64,000 nt of DNA from Felis catus (lineage: Eukaryota): contig NC_058368.1 of assembly GCF_018350175.1 (NCBI RefSeq), forward strand, positions 84,074,001 to 84,138,000. The letters are read 5' to 3'. The notes beneath the pieces are model-generated. The model did not search any database and was not told where the DNA came from. It saw only the letters and a program-made list of their open reading frames with translations. Positions 1-13,486 of this stretch are shown here, piece by piece; position 1 is the first letter of the stretch, and each line of letters opens with the position of its first letter. Made by a program: the position numbers and the translations under genes.

Positions 1-1328
1 TCCAAAGGCAAGAGAGATAAAAGCAAAAATAAACTATTGGGACCTTGTCAAGATAAAAAGCTTCTGCACTGCAAAAGAAACAATCAACAAAACTAAAAGG
101 CAACCAGTGGAATGGGAGAAGATACTTGCAAATGATATATCAGATAAAGGGTTAATATTCAAAATCTATGAAGAACTCAACACCCAAAAAGAAATGGGCA
201 CAAGACATGATTAGACACTTTTCCAAGGAAGACATCCAGATGGCCAAAAGACACATGAAAAGATGCTCATTATCACTCATCATGAGGGAAATATAAATCA
301 AAACCACCTTGAGGGGCACCTGGGTGGCTCAGTAGGTTAAACGTCCAACTTCACCTCAGTTCACAATCTCATGGCTTATGAGTTCAAACCCCATGTCAGA
401 CTTTGTGGTAATAGCTCAGAGCCTGGAGCCTCCTTTGGATTCTGTGTCTCTGTCTGTCTGTCTCTCTGCCCCTCCCCCAATCATGCTCTGTCTCTTTCTC
501 CTTCAAAAATAAATAAACATTAAACAAAAACTTTTTAAACAAAACCACAGTGAGATACCACCTCAGACCAGTCAGACTGACTAAAATTAACAACTCATGA
601 AACAACAGATCCTGGCAAAGATGTAGAGAAGTGGGAATCTTCTTGCACTGTTGGTAAATGCAAACTAGTGTAGTCACTCTGGAAAACAATGTGAAGGTTC
701 CTCAAAAAATTAAAAATAGAACTACCCTATGACCCAGCAATGGCACTACTAGGAATTTATCCAAAGGATGCAGGAGTGCTAATTCATAGGGGCACATGTA
801 CCCAATGTTTATAGAAGCACTTTCAGCTATAACCAAATTATGGAAAGAGCCTAAATGTCCATCAACCGATGAATGGGTAAAGAAGATGTTGTTTATATAT
901 ACAATGGAATACTATTTGTCAATAAGAATGAAATACTGCCATTTGCAGCAACATGGATGGAATTGGAAAGTATTATGTTATGTGAAATAAGTCAGTCAGA
1001 GGAAGACAGATATCATATGTTTTCACTCATATATGTAACTTCAGAAACTTAACAGAAGACCATGGGGGAAGGGAAGGGGAAAAACTAGTTTCAAACAGAG
1101 ATGGAGGCAAACCATAAGAGACTATTAAATACAGAGAACAAACTGAGGGTTGATGGAGATGGTGAGGGAGAGGAGAAAATGGGAGAAGGACATTGAGGAG
1201 AGCACTTGTTGGGATGAGCACTGGGGGTTGTGTGTAAGTGATTAATCATGGAAATCTACCCCCAAAATGAAGAGCACACTGTATACACTATGTTAACCAA
1301 CTTGACAATAAATTATATTTTTAAAAAT
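1..1328 (+). mobile_element. LINE-1 3' portion (ORF2 C-terminus + 3'UTR), carnivore/felid type, interrupted by a Can-SINE
   Basis: ORF2 C-terminal motifs (PMFIEALSAITKLWKEPKCPSTDEW), G-rich 3'UTR, AATAAA and A tail near 1310-1328. Confidence 0.9.
313..530 (+). mobile_element. Can-SINE (SINEC, tRNA-derived)
   Basis: ggggcacctgggtggctcag head, CT tract, aaaaataaataaa tail; degenerate TSD aaaaccac...gag. Confidence 0.92.
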
Positions 1329-2289
1329 AATGCTTAGCCATTTTAACAGTAATGTTTTAAAATTATGTAAGCATCTCATTTTTGTTGCCAATGATGCTAC
1401 ATAGTCATATTTTATCACTAGTAATGCCATTTCAGCATATCACATGGGAAATTTTTAGTTTATTCTAATATTTATGTGTAATTGTTTAACAGATGGGTAC
1501 TTTTGATTTTGTTTGTATGCTTTGGAATATAAATTATAATTTAGTCTAGTTAAAAAAATTATTGAAAAGTAATTAAAATGACAAAATTTTTTTTAAAAAT
1601 GCCAGTTTCAATAACTATAGTGTCTGAAAAGGTTTTCTCATTGATGGAATCTAAAGTACCTTCATTTCCTCTGTAGCCTCCATTTAAAAAGAATTATTTT
1701 TCCTGGTGCTGGAATTACTGTTTCTAAATGAGTCTGGTCAAGTTTCAGCTTGTCTACAGAGTAATCATCTTTACAACAGCTGTATATTTGTCAATTACTT
1801 CCTTGAAAACTCTACATGCTCCTTTACTCAAATTAAATGTAACCTTTTGTTCATTTTCTCTGCTTAATTACGCAAGAATAAGAGCCTCTGGTTGTTACCC
1901 CTACAAACCTCTTCTCAATTGTTCTTCAATAAATTTGGCTTATTTTTCCTCCTCAAGGTCCTGATTCTTATTTTTCTCTAGTTCCAATTAGTTTCTGGAT
2001 CCCTGCCAATATACTGAATATACCAGCCTTCTGGTACAAGCCTTCTAACACAAGAAGGTACCAGCCTTCTAACACAAGACTTCTCTTTCTGGCCTTTTAG
2101 TAAAACCAGTCAGTCTCCCACTGAGTGACATTCATATGGATGTGCTCTCAATAACTGATATACTTATAATAATTGATGTTTTTGTAAACTCTCTTAGTGT
2201 CAAAGTATCTCCTGAGAAGTTCTAGAAAGTCATTTCAGAATTCCTCTGAAAAATAATCCATAAACTGGTGCAGATTCTGAGATACTAGA

Positions 2290-3191
2290 AAATACTTATG
2301 AAAAAAAAATTGAAGAGGAAACAGAAAAATGGGAAAACATTCCATGTTCATGGGTTGGAAGAACAAATTGTGAAAATGTCTATACTACTCAGAGCAATCT
2401 ACACATTTAATGCAATCCCCATAAAAATACCACATTTTTTACAGAGGTAGAACAAACAATTCTAAATTTTATATGGATTCATAAAAGATCTTAAAGAGCC
2501 AAGAATTCTTTTTTTTTAATTTTATTTATTTTTGAGAGAGGGAGAGAGAGCACAAGTGGGGGGAGGGCAGAGAGCAGGATTTCAAGCAGTCTTCACACTG
2601 TCAGCACAGAGCCCAGTGTGGGGCTCAAACTCACGACTGTGAGATCATGACCTGAGCTGAAATCAGGAGTGGGATGCTTAACTGACTGAGACAACAAGGT
2701 GCTCCACAGCCAAGCATTCTTGATAAAGAAAAGCAAAGCTGGAGGCGTCACAATTCTGGACTTCAAACTATATTACAAAGCTGAAATCAACAAGACAGTA
2801 TGGTCCTGGCACAAAAGCAAAACAAAACAAACAAATAAACATAAAACAGACAAATCAATGGAACAGACTGTAAAACCCAGAAATGGATCCACAACTATAT
2901 GGTCAACTAAACTTCAACAAAATAGGAAAGAATAACCCATTGAAAAAAGTCTCTTCAACAAATGGTTTTGGGAAAACTGGACAACAACATGCAGAAGAGT
3001 TAAACAGGACCACTTTATTATGCCATACACAAAAATAAACTCACAATTGTTGGAACACCTAAATGTGAGACAAAAAACCATCAAAATCCTAGAGGAGAAT
3101 ACATTCAGCAGCCTCTTTGACATTGGAAGTAGCAACCTCTTACTAGAAACTTCTCCAGGGGCAAGGGAAACAGAAGCAAAAATGAATTATT
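2290..3191 (+). mobile_element. LINE-1 ORF2 fragment (host element; resumes at 6173)
   Basis: KAGGVTILDFKLYYKA...WSWHK motif; sequence continues colinearly after the nested L1. Confidence 0.88.
2508..2706 (-). mobile_element. Can-SINE
   Basis: Poly-T/tttattt, GA tract, reverse SINE body; agccaag...attctt TSD-like flanks. Confidence 0.88.
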
Positions 3192-3462
3192 AAAGGATGG
3201 TTGGTAAAATTGCAGAGCAGTAGGGTGACCCTGAGCTTGCCTCCTCCCTCAAGCACTGCTAGATAAAAATCAAATCATTCAGAACACCCAAGTGATCTAT
3301 AAGAAGTCTTAGAGAATAACGCTGCCCATTTGTAAACCAGAAAAATAACCCGTGGAAAGTCGGAACTGCATAGAGTTTGTGGGAGAAAAGCACGCTGGAT
3401 GCTCCCCCGGGGAGGGAAGTCTGACCATTCTGGGAGTAGCCAGAAAGAAGGATGAGAGAAAG

Positions 3463-3498
<36 letters not shown>

Positions 3499-6115
3499 GA
3501 GAAAACACACACAAAAGACTACACAAGAAAATTATTCCCCAAAATCTTTGACGGGGAAAAAAGGAGTTACATTAAGTTTTTATAAATATTTTTCCATAAA
3601 CTGTTTATAAAACTACTTTTTTATACATAGCAAAGAACATATTCTGAAGTTTTGAAGGTCTGAGACATTGCCAGGTTTGCACCTGGGAAGGTGAGCAGTG
3701 CTCCAGTGGGAAAGCAGAACAAAGCCCCTGCAGTGGGCAGCCTAAGGATCCTGAGGGTCACATAGAGAGAAGCAGTTGCCCTGCTTGGAGTGCTTTTGGT
3801 AAATGGTAATGGCCTCTCTGAGGACAAAGGACCCTGCAGGAGCTATCAAACTGTCTGACTCACTAATAGAGGAACAAAGACCCAGGTGGAGGCCTGCACA
3901 CCCTGGCATTGGCTGTGTGTTGTGATTTACCATAAACTCTGATCCACTGTACTGTCACATGTTTGTCTGCTGTGATAAGACAGCACAAGACGTAATGCAG
4001 GGAGGTCACCCTCCAGAAGATCAGGGCAGGTCCATGCCCTGGGATCTTTAAAGTCTGGAAATTTGAAACACAGCCACACCTGAGTTAAAACACAGAGTGT
4101 GGCACCATTTGGCAGATGACATGATGCTCTATGTAGAAAATCTGAAAGACTCCACCAAAGCATTGCTAGAACTAATACATGAATTTAGGAAAGTCACAGG
4201 ATATAAAATCAACATCCAGAAATCTGTTGCATTTCTATACACCAATAAAGGTTCAGCAGAAGAAGAAATCAAGAAATCAATCCCATTTGCACTTGTGCCA
4301 AATACAATTAGACACCTAGGAATAAACCTCACTAAAAAGGTAAAAAGATCTGTACTCTGAAAACTATAGAAGACTTATGAAAGAAACTGAAGAGGACACA
4401 AAGAAATGGCAAAACATTTCATGTTCATGGATTGGAAGAACAAATATTGTTAAAATGTCTATACTACCCAAAGCAATCTACACATTGAATGCAATCCCCA
4501 TGAAAATACCACCAGCATTTTTTGCAGAGCTAGAACAAACACCCCTAAAATTTGTATAGAACCACAAAAGACTCTAAGTAGCCAAAGAAATCCTGAAAAA
4601 TAAAAATAGAGGCATCATGATTCCAGATGGAAAGCTATATTACAAAGCTATAGTCATTAAGACAGTATGATACTGACACAAAAAGACACATAGGTCAATG
4701 GAACAGAATAGAAAACACAGAAATGGACTCAAAACTCTATGGTCAACTAATCTTTGACAAAGCAGGAAGAAATTACCAATGAGAAAAAGACAGTCTCTTC
4801 AACAAATGCTGTTGGGAAAAGTGGACAGCGACATGCAGAAACATGAAACTGGCTCGCTTTCTTACACCATACACAAAAATAAATTCAAAATGGATGAAAG
4901 ACCTAAATGAAAGACAGGAAACTATCAAAATCCTAGAGGAGAACATAGGCAGCAAACTCTTTTACCTCGGCTGGTGTAATTTCTTGCTAGATACCTCCCT
5001 GAAGGCAAGAAAAACAAAAGCTATTGTGGACCATCAAGATTTCATAAGATAAAAACTTTCTGCACAGTACAGGAAACAATCAACAAAACTAAGAGGCAGT
5101 TTATGGGATGGGAGAAGATATTGCAAATGACATATCTGATAAAGGTCATTATCCAAAATCTATAAAGAACTTATCAAACTCAACACCAAAACTTAAATAA
5201 TCCAATTAAGAAACAGGCAGAAGATATGAATAGACATTTTTCCAAAGTAGGCATACAAATGGCTAACAGACACATGAAAAGATGTTCACCATAACTTGTC
5301 AGGGAAATACAAATCAAAATCACAATGAGATACCACCTAAAACCTGTCAGAATGGCTAAAATTGACAACATAAGAAACAACAGGTCTTGGCAAGAATGTG
5401 GAGAAAATGGAATCCTCTTCCATTGCAGGTGGGAATGCAAACTGATGCAGTCAGTCTGGAGAACAGTGTGGAGATCCATTAAAAACAAAACAAAACAAAA
5501 CAAAACTCAAAATAGAACTTCCCTATGATCTAGCAATTGCACTATTAAGTATTTACCCAAAGGATACAAAAGCGCAGATTTAAAGGGATACATGCACCCC
5601 AATGTTTATAGCAGCATTATCAACAATAGCCAAACTATGTAAAGAGCATGAATATCCATTGGCTGACAAATTGATTGCACACACACATACACACACACAC
5701 ACACACGGAATATTACTCAGCCATGAACAATAATTAAATCTTGCCACTTTCAACAATGTGGATGGAGCTAGGATGTATTATGGAAAACAAAATAAGTCAT
5801 TCACGGAAAACCAAATACCATATTATTTCATTCATTTGTGGAATTTAAGAAACCAAACACATGAACATATGGGAAGGAGGGGGAAGAAAAAAAAGGCAAA
5901 CAACCCACAAGAGACTCTTAATGATAGAGAAAAAAAAGTAAGTGTTGATGGGACGAGGTGGGTGTGAATTGGGCTAGAAGGGAGTGGGTATTAAGGAGAG
6001 CATTGTAATGAGCACTGGGTGTTGTATGTAAGCAATGAATCACTGAATTCCACTTCTGAAACCAATACTGCACTGTATGTTAACTAACTAAAATCTAAAT
6101 TTAAAAATAAAGAAA

Positions 6116-6159
<44 letters not shown>
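3192..6159 (+). mobile_element. Nested, internally deleted LINE-1 (5'UTR fused to RT/3' half of ORF2) with 13-bp TSD
   Basis: TSD AAAATGAATTATT at 3179-3191 and 6160-6172; carnivore L1 5'UTR-like sequence 3192-4110; junction into LADDMMLY (RT FADD motif) at ~4110; (GAAA)n tail. Confidence 0.85.
3465..3496. repeat. (CA)n microsatellite
   Basis: Direct reading. Confidence 0.95.
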
Positions 6160-6160
<1 letters not shown>

Positions 6161-6172
6161 AAATGAATTATT

Positions 6173-6819
6173 GGGACTTCATCAAGATAAAAAGCTTTTG
6201 TACAATGAAGAAAACAGTCAACATAACTAAAGGCACCGTACAGAATGGGAGAAGATATTGGCAAAGAATATATCTGATAAGGGGTAGTATCCAAAATCTA
6301 TAAAGAACTTATCAAACCCAACACCCAAAAAACAAATAACTCTGTTAAGAAATAGGCAGAAGACATGAAGACACATTTTTCGAAAGAAGACATCCAGATG
6401 GCTAAAAGACACATGAAAAGACACTCAATATCATTCATCATTAGGGAAATACAAATCAAAACCACAATGACATACCACCTCACGCCTGTCAGAATGGCTA
6501 AAATTAACAACACAGGAGGTAACATGTCGGTGAGGATGCAGAGAAAGGGGAATCCTCTTCCAATGTTGGTGGGAATGCAGACTGGTGCAGTCACTCTGGA
6601 ACACAGTGTGGAGGCTCCTCAGAAAGTTAAAGACAGTGCTACCCTACAACCCAGCAGTTGCACTACTAGGCATTTATCCAAAGGATATAAAATATTTAAT
6701 TTGAAGGGGTACATGCACCCCAATGTTTACAGCAGTGCTATCAACAATAGTTAAATTATGGAGAGAGCCCAAATATCCATTGACTGATGAATGGATAAAG
6801 AAGTGGTGGAGCTGTGTAC

Positions 6820-6875
<56 letters not shown>

Positions 6876-7290
6876 TTAGTCATCAAAAAGAGTGAATCTT
6901 GCCATTTACAATGGCAAGGATGGAAGTAGAGTATACTATTCCAATCAAAATAATTCAGTCAGAGAGAGACAAATACCATATGATTTTACTCATATGTGGA
7001 ATTTAAGAAATAAAACAGAGGAACATAAGGGAAGAGAAGGAAAAGCAATATAAGATAAAAACAGAGGGAGGCAAACCATAAGAGACTCTTAACTATAGAG
7101 AACAAACAGGATTGCTGAAGGGGAAATAGGTGGGGGGATGGGGTAAATGTGTGATGGATATTAAGGAGGGGACCTGTTGTGATGAACACTGGATGTTATA
7201 TGTAAGTGATTAATCACTAAATTCTACTCCTGAAAACAAGACTATACTATATGCCAACTAACTTGACTTTAAAAAAAATCTTGGAAAGGA
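6173..7290 (+). mobile_element. LINE-1 3' end (continuation of host 2290-3191)
   Basis: [16 protein letters not shown] motif, (TG)n(TA)n, 3'UTR and A tail. Confidence 0.88.
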
Positions 7291-7299
7291 AAAAAAACT

Positions 7300-10200
7300 G
7301 TTTTCTGACTACAAAGGTATGAAATTAGAAATCTATTTCAGGAAAAATCTGGAATAAAATGAAAACAAGTGGAGGCTACACAGCATACTAGTAATCAATT
7401 AATGAATGAATGAATGAATGAATGAATAATAAAATTTAAAAATACATGAAAACAAGTGAAAATGTAAACAAAATGATACATAATCTTTAGAACATAGCAT
7501 AAGCAATTCAGAAAGGTAGTTTATACTATACAGGTTTACCAAAAACTGGAGAAATCTCACATAAACAACTTAACCATACTTCTAAAAGAACTAGGAAAAA
7601 GAGGGAACAGAGCCTAAATTTAGTAGAAGGAAAGAAATAATAAATATTATAGTAGATATATATGTAATGGAGACATAAAAAATAATATAAAAGAGCAATG
7701 AAACCAAGATCTGATTCTTTGAAAAGATTAACAAAAATGATAAACCTTTATTCACTCTTATTATGAAAAAAAAAGAGAAAGGACTTAATTTTTAATTAAA
7801 AAATCAATACCACTGAAATACAAGCAATTATAATATATTATAAAATTGGTATGTCAACAGATTAGACAATCTAGAAGAAATGAATAAATTTCTAGAAACA
7901 TGCAATATTCCAAAACTGAAAAGGAAACGATGGAAAATTTGAACAGATCAATTACTAGTAATGAAATTAAATTGATACTCAAAAAAACTACTAGCAAACG
8001 AAAGTCCAGGACCAGATAGCTTAACAGTTGAATCTACGAAGCTTTTAAAGAAGAGTTAAATTGTACTATTCTCAATATTCCAAGAAATAAAAGAGGAGGG
8101 GAAAACTTCCAAATTCATTTTATGAGGCCAGCATTACCCTGTTACCAAAACTAGATGAAGACACTAACAAAAGAAGAGAAAAAAAGAAAAGAAAAGAAAA
8201 AAGAAGAAAGAAAGGAAGGAAGGAAACTACAAGCTAGTATCTCTGATAAAGTAGATGTGAAAATTCTCACCAAAATGTTAACAAAATGCAATCAACAATA
8301 CATCACAATTATCATTTACCACAGTCAAGTGGAATTTATTCCAAGGATGCAATGGTGGGTCAATATCACAAATTAATCAATGAGATACATCATATTAAAT
8401 AGAGAAAGGATAAAAAATAATCTCACTAGAAGCAGAAAAGCATTTTACAAAATACAGCATCCATTCATGATAAAAACTGTCAACAAAGAGGGTTTATAGT
8501 AAACATACTTCAACATACCAAAAGCAATATATAAAAACCCACAACTAACATCATACTCGATGAAAAATTGAAGTCTTTCCCTCTCAGGTCAAGAATAAGA
8601 CAAGGATGTTCACTCTCACCACTTTTATTCAATATGGTACTGGAAGTTCTAGGAGCAGCAATCAAGAAAAAAAAATTCAAATTGGTAAGAAAGAAAAAAA
8701 CTCATTAGTTTCAGATGACATGATATTATCTATAGTAAACCCTGAAGACTTTACCAAAAACTATTATAACTAATGAATAAATTTGGTAAAATTTTGAAAT
8801 AATGGGGCACCTGGGTGGCTCAGTCAAGCATCTAACTTTTGGTGTCAGCTCAGGTCATGATCTCACAGTTTAGGGGATTGAGCCCCATGTCAGGCTCTGT
8901 GCTGGCAGTGCAGAGCCTGCTTGGGATTGTCTCTCTTCCTCTCTCTCTACCCCTCCTGAACTTCTGTGCACACTTTCTCTCTGTCTTTCTCAAAATAAAT
9001 AAACAATCTTTAAAAATTAAAAATTTCATACAAAAATCTGTTGCATTATTATACACTAAGAAGAAAGTAAGAGAAAGAAAAATTAAGAAAACAATCACAT
9101 TTATAATTTTACCAAAAAAATATATACCTAGAAATAAATTTAATCAAGGAGATGAAATACCGATATGATGAAAACTATAAGACATTAGTGAAAGAAATGG
9201 TACAAATGGAAAGACATATCATACTCATGTATTGGAAATATTAATATTGTTAACATGTCAAGAATACCAAGACAACCCACAGAGTCAATGCAATCCCCAT
9301 AAAAATACCAATAATATTTTTAAGAGAACAGAACAAACAATCCTGAAATTTGTATGGAACCACAAAAGTCTTCCAAAGCCAAAGAAATCTTCATAAGGAA
9401 GAAAAAAACTGAAAGTATAACAATCTCACATTTCAAGAAATATTGTAAAGCTATAGTAATCAACGCATTATAGTATTATAACAAAAATAGACACAGATAA
9501 GTGGGACACAATAGAGAACCCAGAAATAAACTCACACCTATATGGTCAATTAATTTATGACAAAGGAAACCAAATATACAACGGGGGAAAGACAGTCTCT
9601 ACAATAAATCGTGTTAATACAATGAAACAAACACATGAAAAAAAAAAAAAAAACAGACAACAAAAGTTGACCATACTCTTACAGCATACACAAAAATGAA
9701 CTCAAAATGTATTAAACTCCCAAATGTGAGACCTGAAATCATAAATATCCTCAAAGAAAACATAGATGACAATCTGTTGAACATTGGCCTTGCAACATAT
9801 TTATGGACAAGTCATTTCAGGCATACATACATACATGATGAGGATTAAAGAGTACACTTGTAATGAGCACCAGCGTTGTATCTAAGTGTTAAGTCACTAA
9901 ATTGAACACCTGAAACTAATATTACACTGTAAGTTAACTGGAATTTAAATTAAATAAATACATACATAAGTGATGGGATGCACTTGCAATGAGCACTGGC
10001 TATTGTATTTAAGTGTTGAATAATTAAATTGTACACCTGAAACTAATATTACACTATATGTCAACTAACTGTAATTTAAATAAAAACTTAAAAAAACAGA
10101 TAAATAAATAAATAAATATTTAAAAAACAAACTGTTTGGACTACATCAAAATAAAAAGCTTCTGCACAGCAAAAGAAAAAGTCAAAAAAAAAATTAAAAG

Positions 10201-10776
10201 GCAACCTACAGATTGGGAGAAGATATTTGCAAATGACATATCCAATAAAGAGTTGGTATCCAAAATGCATAAAGAACTGATGCAACTCCAAACCCCAAAA
10301 AATAAATAATCCAACTAAACATGGGCAGAAGACAATGCGTATTTCTTCAGAGAAGACATCCATATAGCCAACAGACACTTGAAAAGGTGTTCAAAATCAC
10401 TCATCATCAGGGAAATGCAAATCAAAACTGCAATGAGATGTCACCTACACCTGTTAGAATGGTTAAAATCAACAACAAAAGAAACAACAGGTATTTGTGA
10501 GTATGTGGAGAAAAAGGAACCCTCTTTCACTATTGTTGTGAATATAAAGTGATGCAGGCACTCTGGAAAACAGTATGGAGTTTCCTCAAAAAGTTAAAAT
10601 AGAAGTAGCCTATGATCCAGTAATTGCACTACTGGATATTTACCCCCAAAATACAAAACCACTAATTCAAAGGGATACATGCACCCTAATGTTTATAGCA
10701 GCATTGTCTACCATAGCCAATCTACAGAAACAGGCCAAGTGTCTATCAATAGATGAATAGATAAAAAAAAAAAGAG
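7300..10776 (+). mobile_element. Older degenerate LINE-1 ORF2 (linker, RT, C-terminus)
   Basis: Colinear ORF2 homology with many stops (e.g. QVEFIPRMQWW, cagatgacatgat, [15 protein letters not shown]). Confidence 0.85.
8804..9015 (+). mobile_element. Can-SINE
   Basis: ggggcacctgggtggctcag head, CT tract, A-rich tail. Confidence 0.9.
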
Positions 10777-10983
10777 GTCCTAGAGATTGGACCTTGTTTT
10801 TGTGCAGAAATTTATTTGAAATTTAAAAATTAATTATTCTTTGCCACTCAAATTTTGGTGAAAAACAGTGTAATTTTATTATCATCTTGTTCAAGAAGAG
10901 AGCCAGGCAGAATCAAACCTAAACCCCACTGTTAAGCTATCTGGTCCTGGACTTTTGTTTGTTAGTAGTTTTTTTGAGTTTCA
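10704..10983. repeat. Left arm of ~280-bp chimeric inverted repeat (partner 13209-13486)
   Basis: Reverse complement matches 13209-13486 with few mismatches. Confidence 0.92.
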
Positions 10984-11179
10984 ATTGAATTTCATTAATA
11001 GTAATTGATCTGTTTCATTTTTGGAATATTGCATGTTTCTAGAAATTTATTTCTTCTAGATTGTCTAATCTGTTGACATTACAAATTTTATGATATATTA
11101 TTATAATTGCTTGTATTTCGGTGGTATTGATTTTTTAGTGATTTTTTTATTAAAAATTAAGTCCTTTCTCTTTTTTTCA
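10928..11179 (-). repeat. Inverted local copy of L1 segment 7764-8028
   Basis: Reverse complement matches 7764-8028, including private features such as ggacttaatttttaat. Confidence 0.88.
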
Positions 11180-11220
11180 CCCTTATGTAGTTCTGGAACA
11201 TCTTTGTCACCTCAAAAACT

Positions 11221-11430
11221 GGGGCGCCTGGGTAGCTCAGTTGGTTCAGCATCCAACTTCAGCTCACATCATGATCTCATGGTTCATGAGTTTGAGCCCT
11301 GCGTCGAGTTCTGTGCTGACAGCTCAGAGCCTGGAGCCTGCTTCCGATTCTGTGTCTCCCTCTCTCTCTGTCCCTCTCCCCCTCACACTCTGTATCTTTC
11401 TCTCAAAAATAAATAAACGTTAAAAAAAAA
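11221..11430 (+). mobile_element. Can-SINE
   Basis: ggggcgcctgggtagctcag head, CT tract, aaaaataaataaacgttaaaa tail. Confidence 0.92.
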
Positions 11431-11840
11431 GAAGTAACATATATATGTACAATGGATTATTGTTCTGGCATAAAAAAAGGACATCTTGCCATTTGCAATG
11501 ACATAGATGAAGCTAGAGAATATACTGCTAAGCAAAATAAGAGAAAGACAAATATGTTATGATTTTGCTCATATGTGGAATCTAAGAAACAAAACAAGTA
11601 AAGAAAAAATAAAAGAGAGAGATACAAACCAGGAAACATATTCTTAACTATAGAGAAAAAAAGTGATGGTTACCAGAGGGGGAGGTTGGTGGGGGATAAG
11701 TGAAATAAGTAATGGGGACTAAGGAGTACACTTGTTTTGATGTGCACCAGGTCATGTATGGACTTGCAGAATCACTTTATTGCCTATATAAAACTAATGT
11801 AACACTGTATGTTAACTATATTAGAATTAAAATAAAATAT
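11431..11840 (+). mobile_element. LINE-1 3' end
   Basis: cttgccatttgcaatgacat... 3'UTR through gttaactat and A tail. Confidence 0.8.
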
Positions 11841-11843
11841 TTT

Positions 11844-12085
11844 GGGGCACCTGGGTGGCTCGGTCGGTTAAGCGTCCGACCTCGGCTCAGCTCATGATCT
11901 CATGGTCTGTGGGTTCAAGCCCCGCGTCAGGCTCTGTGCTGACAGCTCGGAGCCTGGAGGCTGTTTCAGAATCTGTGTCTTCCTCTCTCTGTGGCCCTCC
12001 CCCGTTCATGCTCTCTCTCTGTCTCAAATATAAATAAACGTTAAAAAAATTTTTTTTTAATGAAAAATAAAAAAATAAAAAAAAA
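11844..12085 (+). mobile_element. Can-SINE (felid type)
   Basis: Typical head/body/tail; TSD-like taaaatattt on both sides. Confidence 0.92.
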
Positions 12086-12099
12086 TTAAAATATTTTTT

Positions 12100-13208
12100 A
12101 AAAAGCTTTTGCTTGGCAAAGGAAATCATCAACAAGAAAAAAAGCAATGTAATAAATGGGAGGTGTTATTTGCAAATGGCATACACAATAAGGGATTAAT
12201 ATCCAAAGTTTAAAAATAACTATACAACTCAGCACCAATACAACAACCTGAATATGAAATGGACATAGGACCTGAATAAGCATTCTTTATGTCAAAGAAG
12301 ACATTCAGATGGCCAACAGAAACATGGAAAGAAAACTGAACATCACTAATCTTCAGGAAAGTGCAAATCAAAACCAAAATGAGATATCACCTCCCACCTG
12401 TATGAAAGGCTAAAATTAAACACAAGAAATAACAAAGTAGTAAGGGTATGAAGAAAATAAAAATATTTGCTCTCTTGGTGAAAATGTAAACTGGTACAAC
12501 TTGTGGAAAACAGAATGGATGTTCTCCAAAAAGTTAAAATTGGAAATACTATATGATCTAGTAGCTCTACTACTGGGTATTTATTACATAAAATCAAACG
12601 CTAAATATTTATTTTATGTTTATTTATTTTTAAATATTTATTTAATGTTTATTGCCACATTATTTGCAATAACCAAAATTTGGAAGTAACCCAAATGTCC
12701 ACTGGTAGATGAATTCTACAGAAGATGTAATATATAGCTACAATGGAACATTACAAAGCCAGAAATAAATAAGAAAGAGGAAAGAAAGAAAGAAAGAAAG
12801 AAAGAAAGAGGAAGGAAGGAAGGAAGGAAGGAAGGAAGGAAGGAAGGAAGAGATCTTGCCATTTGCAACAATATGGATGGAGGATATTATGCTAAGTGAA
12901 ATAAGTGAGATAGAGAAAGACAATTACCATATGATTTCACTTATATGTAAAATCTAGGGAAAAAAAACAAAAGCAGACTTTCAATTATAGAGAACAAACT
13001 GGTTGTTGCCAGTGAAGTAAGGGGATGAGCAAATAAATAAAGATATACTTAGGCACAAACTGCCAGTTATAAAATAAATAAGTCATGATATTAAAAGTAC
13101 ACCTTAGGGAAGGTAGTCAATAAGATTGTAATAACAATGTATGGTGACTACCCTTACATGGTGAACATGATCAATGTATAGAATTGTTGAATGATCATGT
13201 TGTAAACC
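12100..13208 (+). mobile_element. LINE-1 3' portion, older (L1MA-like) 3'UTR
   Basis: ORF2 C-terminal homology; ccagttataaaataaataagtcatg 3'UTR motif; cut at the inverted repeat. Confidence 0.8.
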
Positions 13209-13486
13209 TGATACTCAAAAAAACTACTAACAAACAAAAGTCCAGGACCACATAGCTTAACAGTGGGGTTTAGGTTTGATTCTGCCTGGCTCTCTTCTTG
13301 AACAAGATGATAATAAAATTACACTGTTTTTCACCAAAATTTGAGTGGCAAAGAATAATTAATTTTTAAATTTCAAATAAATTTCTGCACAAAAACAAGG
13401 TCCAATCTCTAGGACCTCTTTTTTTTTATCTACTCATCTATTGATGGACACTTGGGCTGTTTCTGTAGTTTGGCTATGGTAGACAA
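13209..13486. repeat. Right arm of the chimeric inverted repeat
   Basis: Reverse complement of 10704-10983. Confidence 0.92.

Noticed and set aside
313..400. tRNA genes at SINE heads
   Set aside because: A/B-box-like sequences are the tRNA-derived heads of Can-SINEs, followed by CT tracts and A tails.
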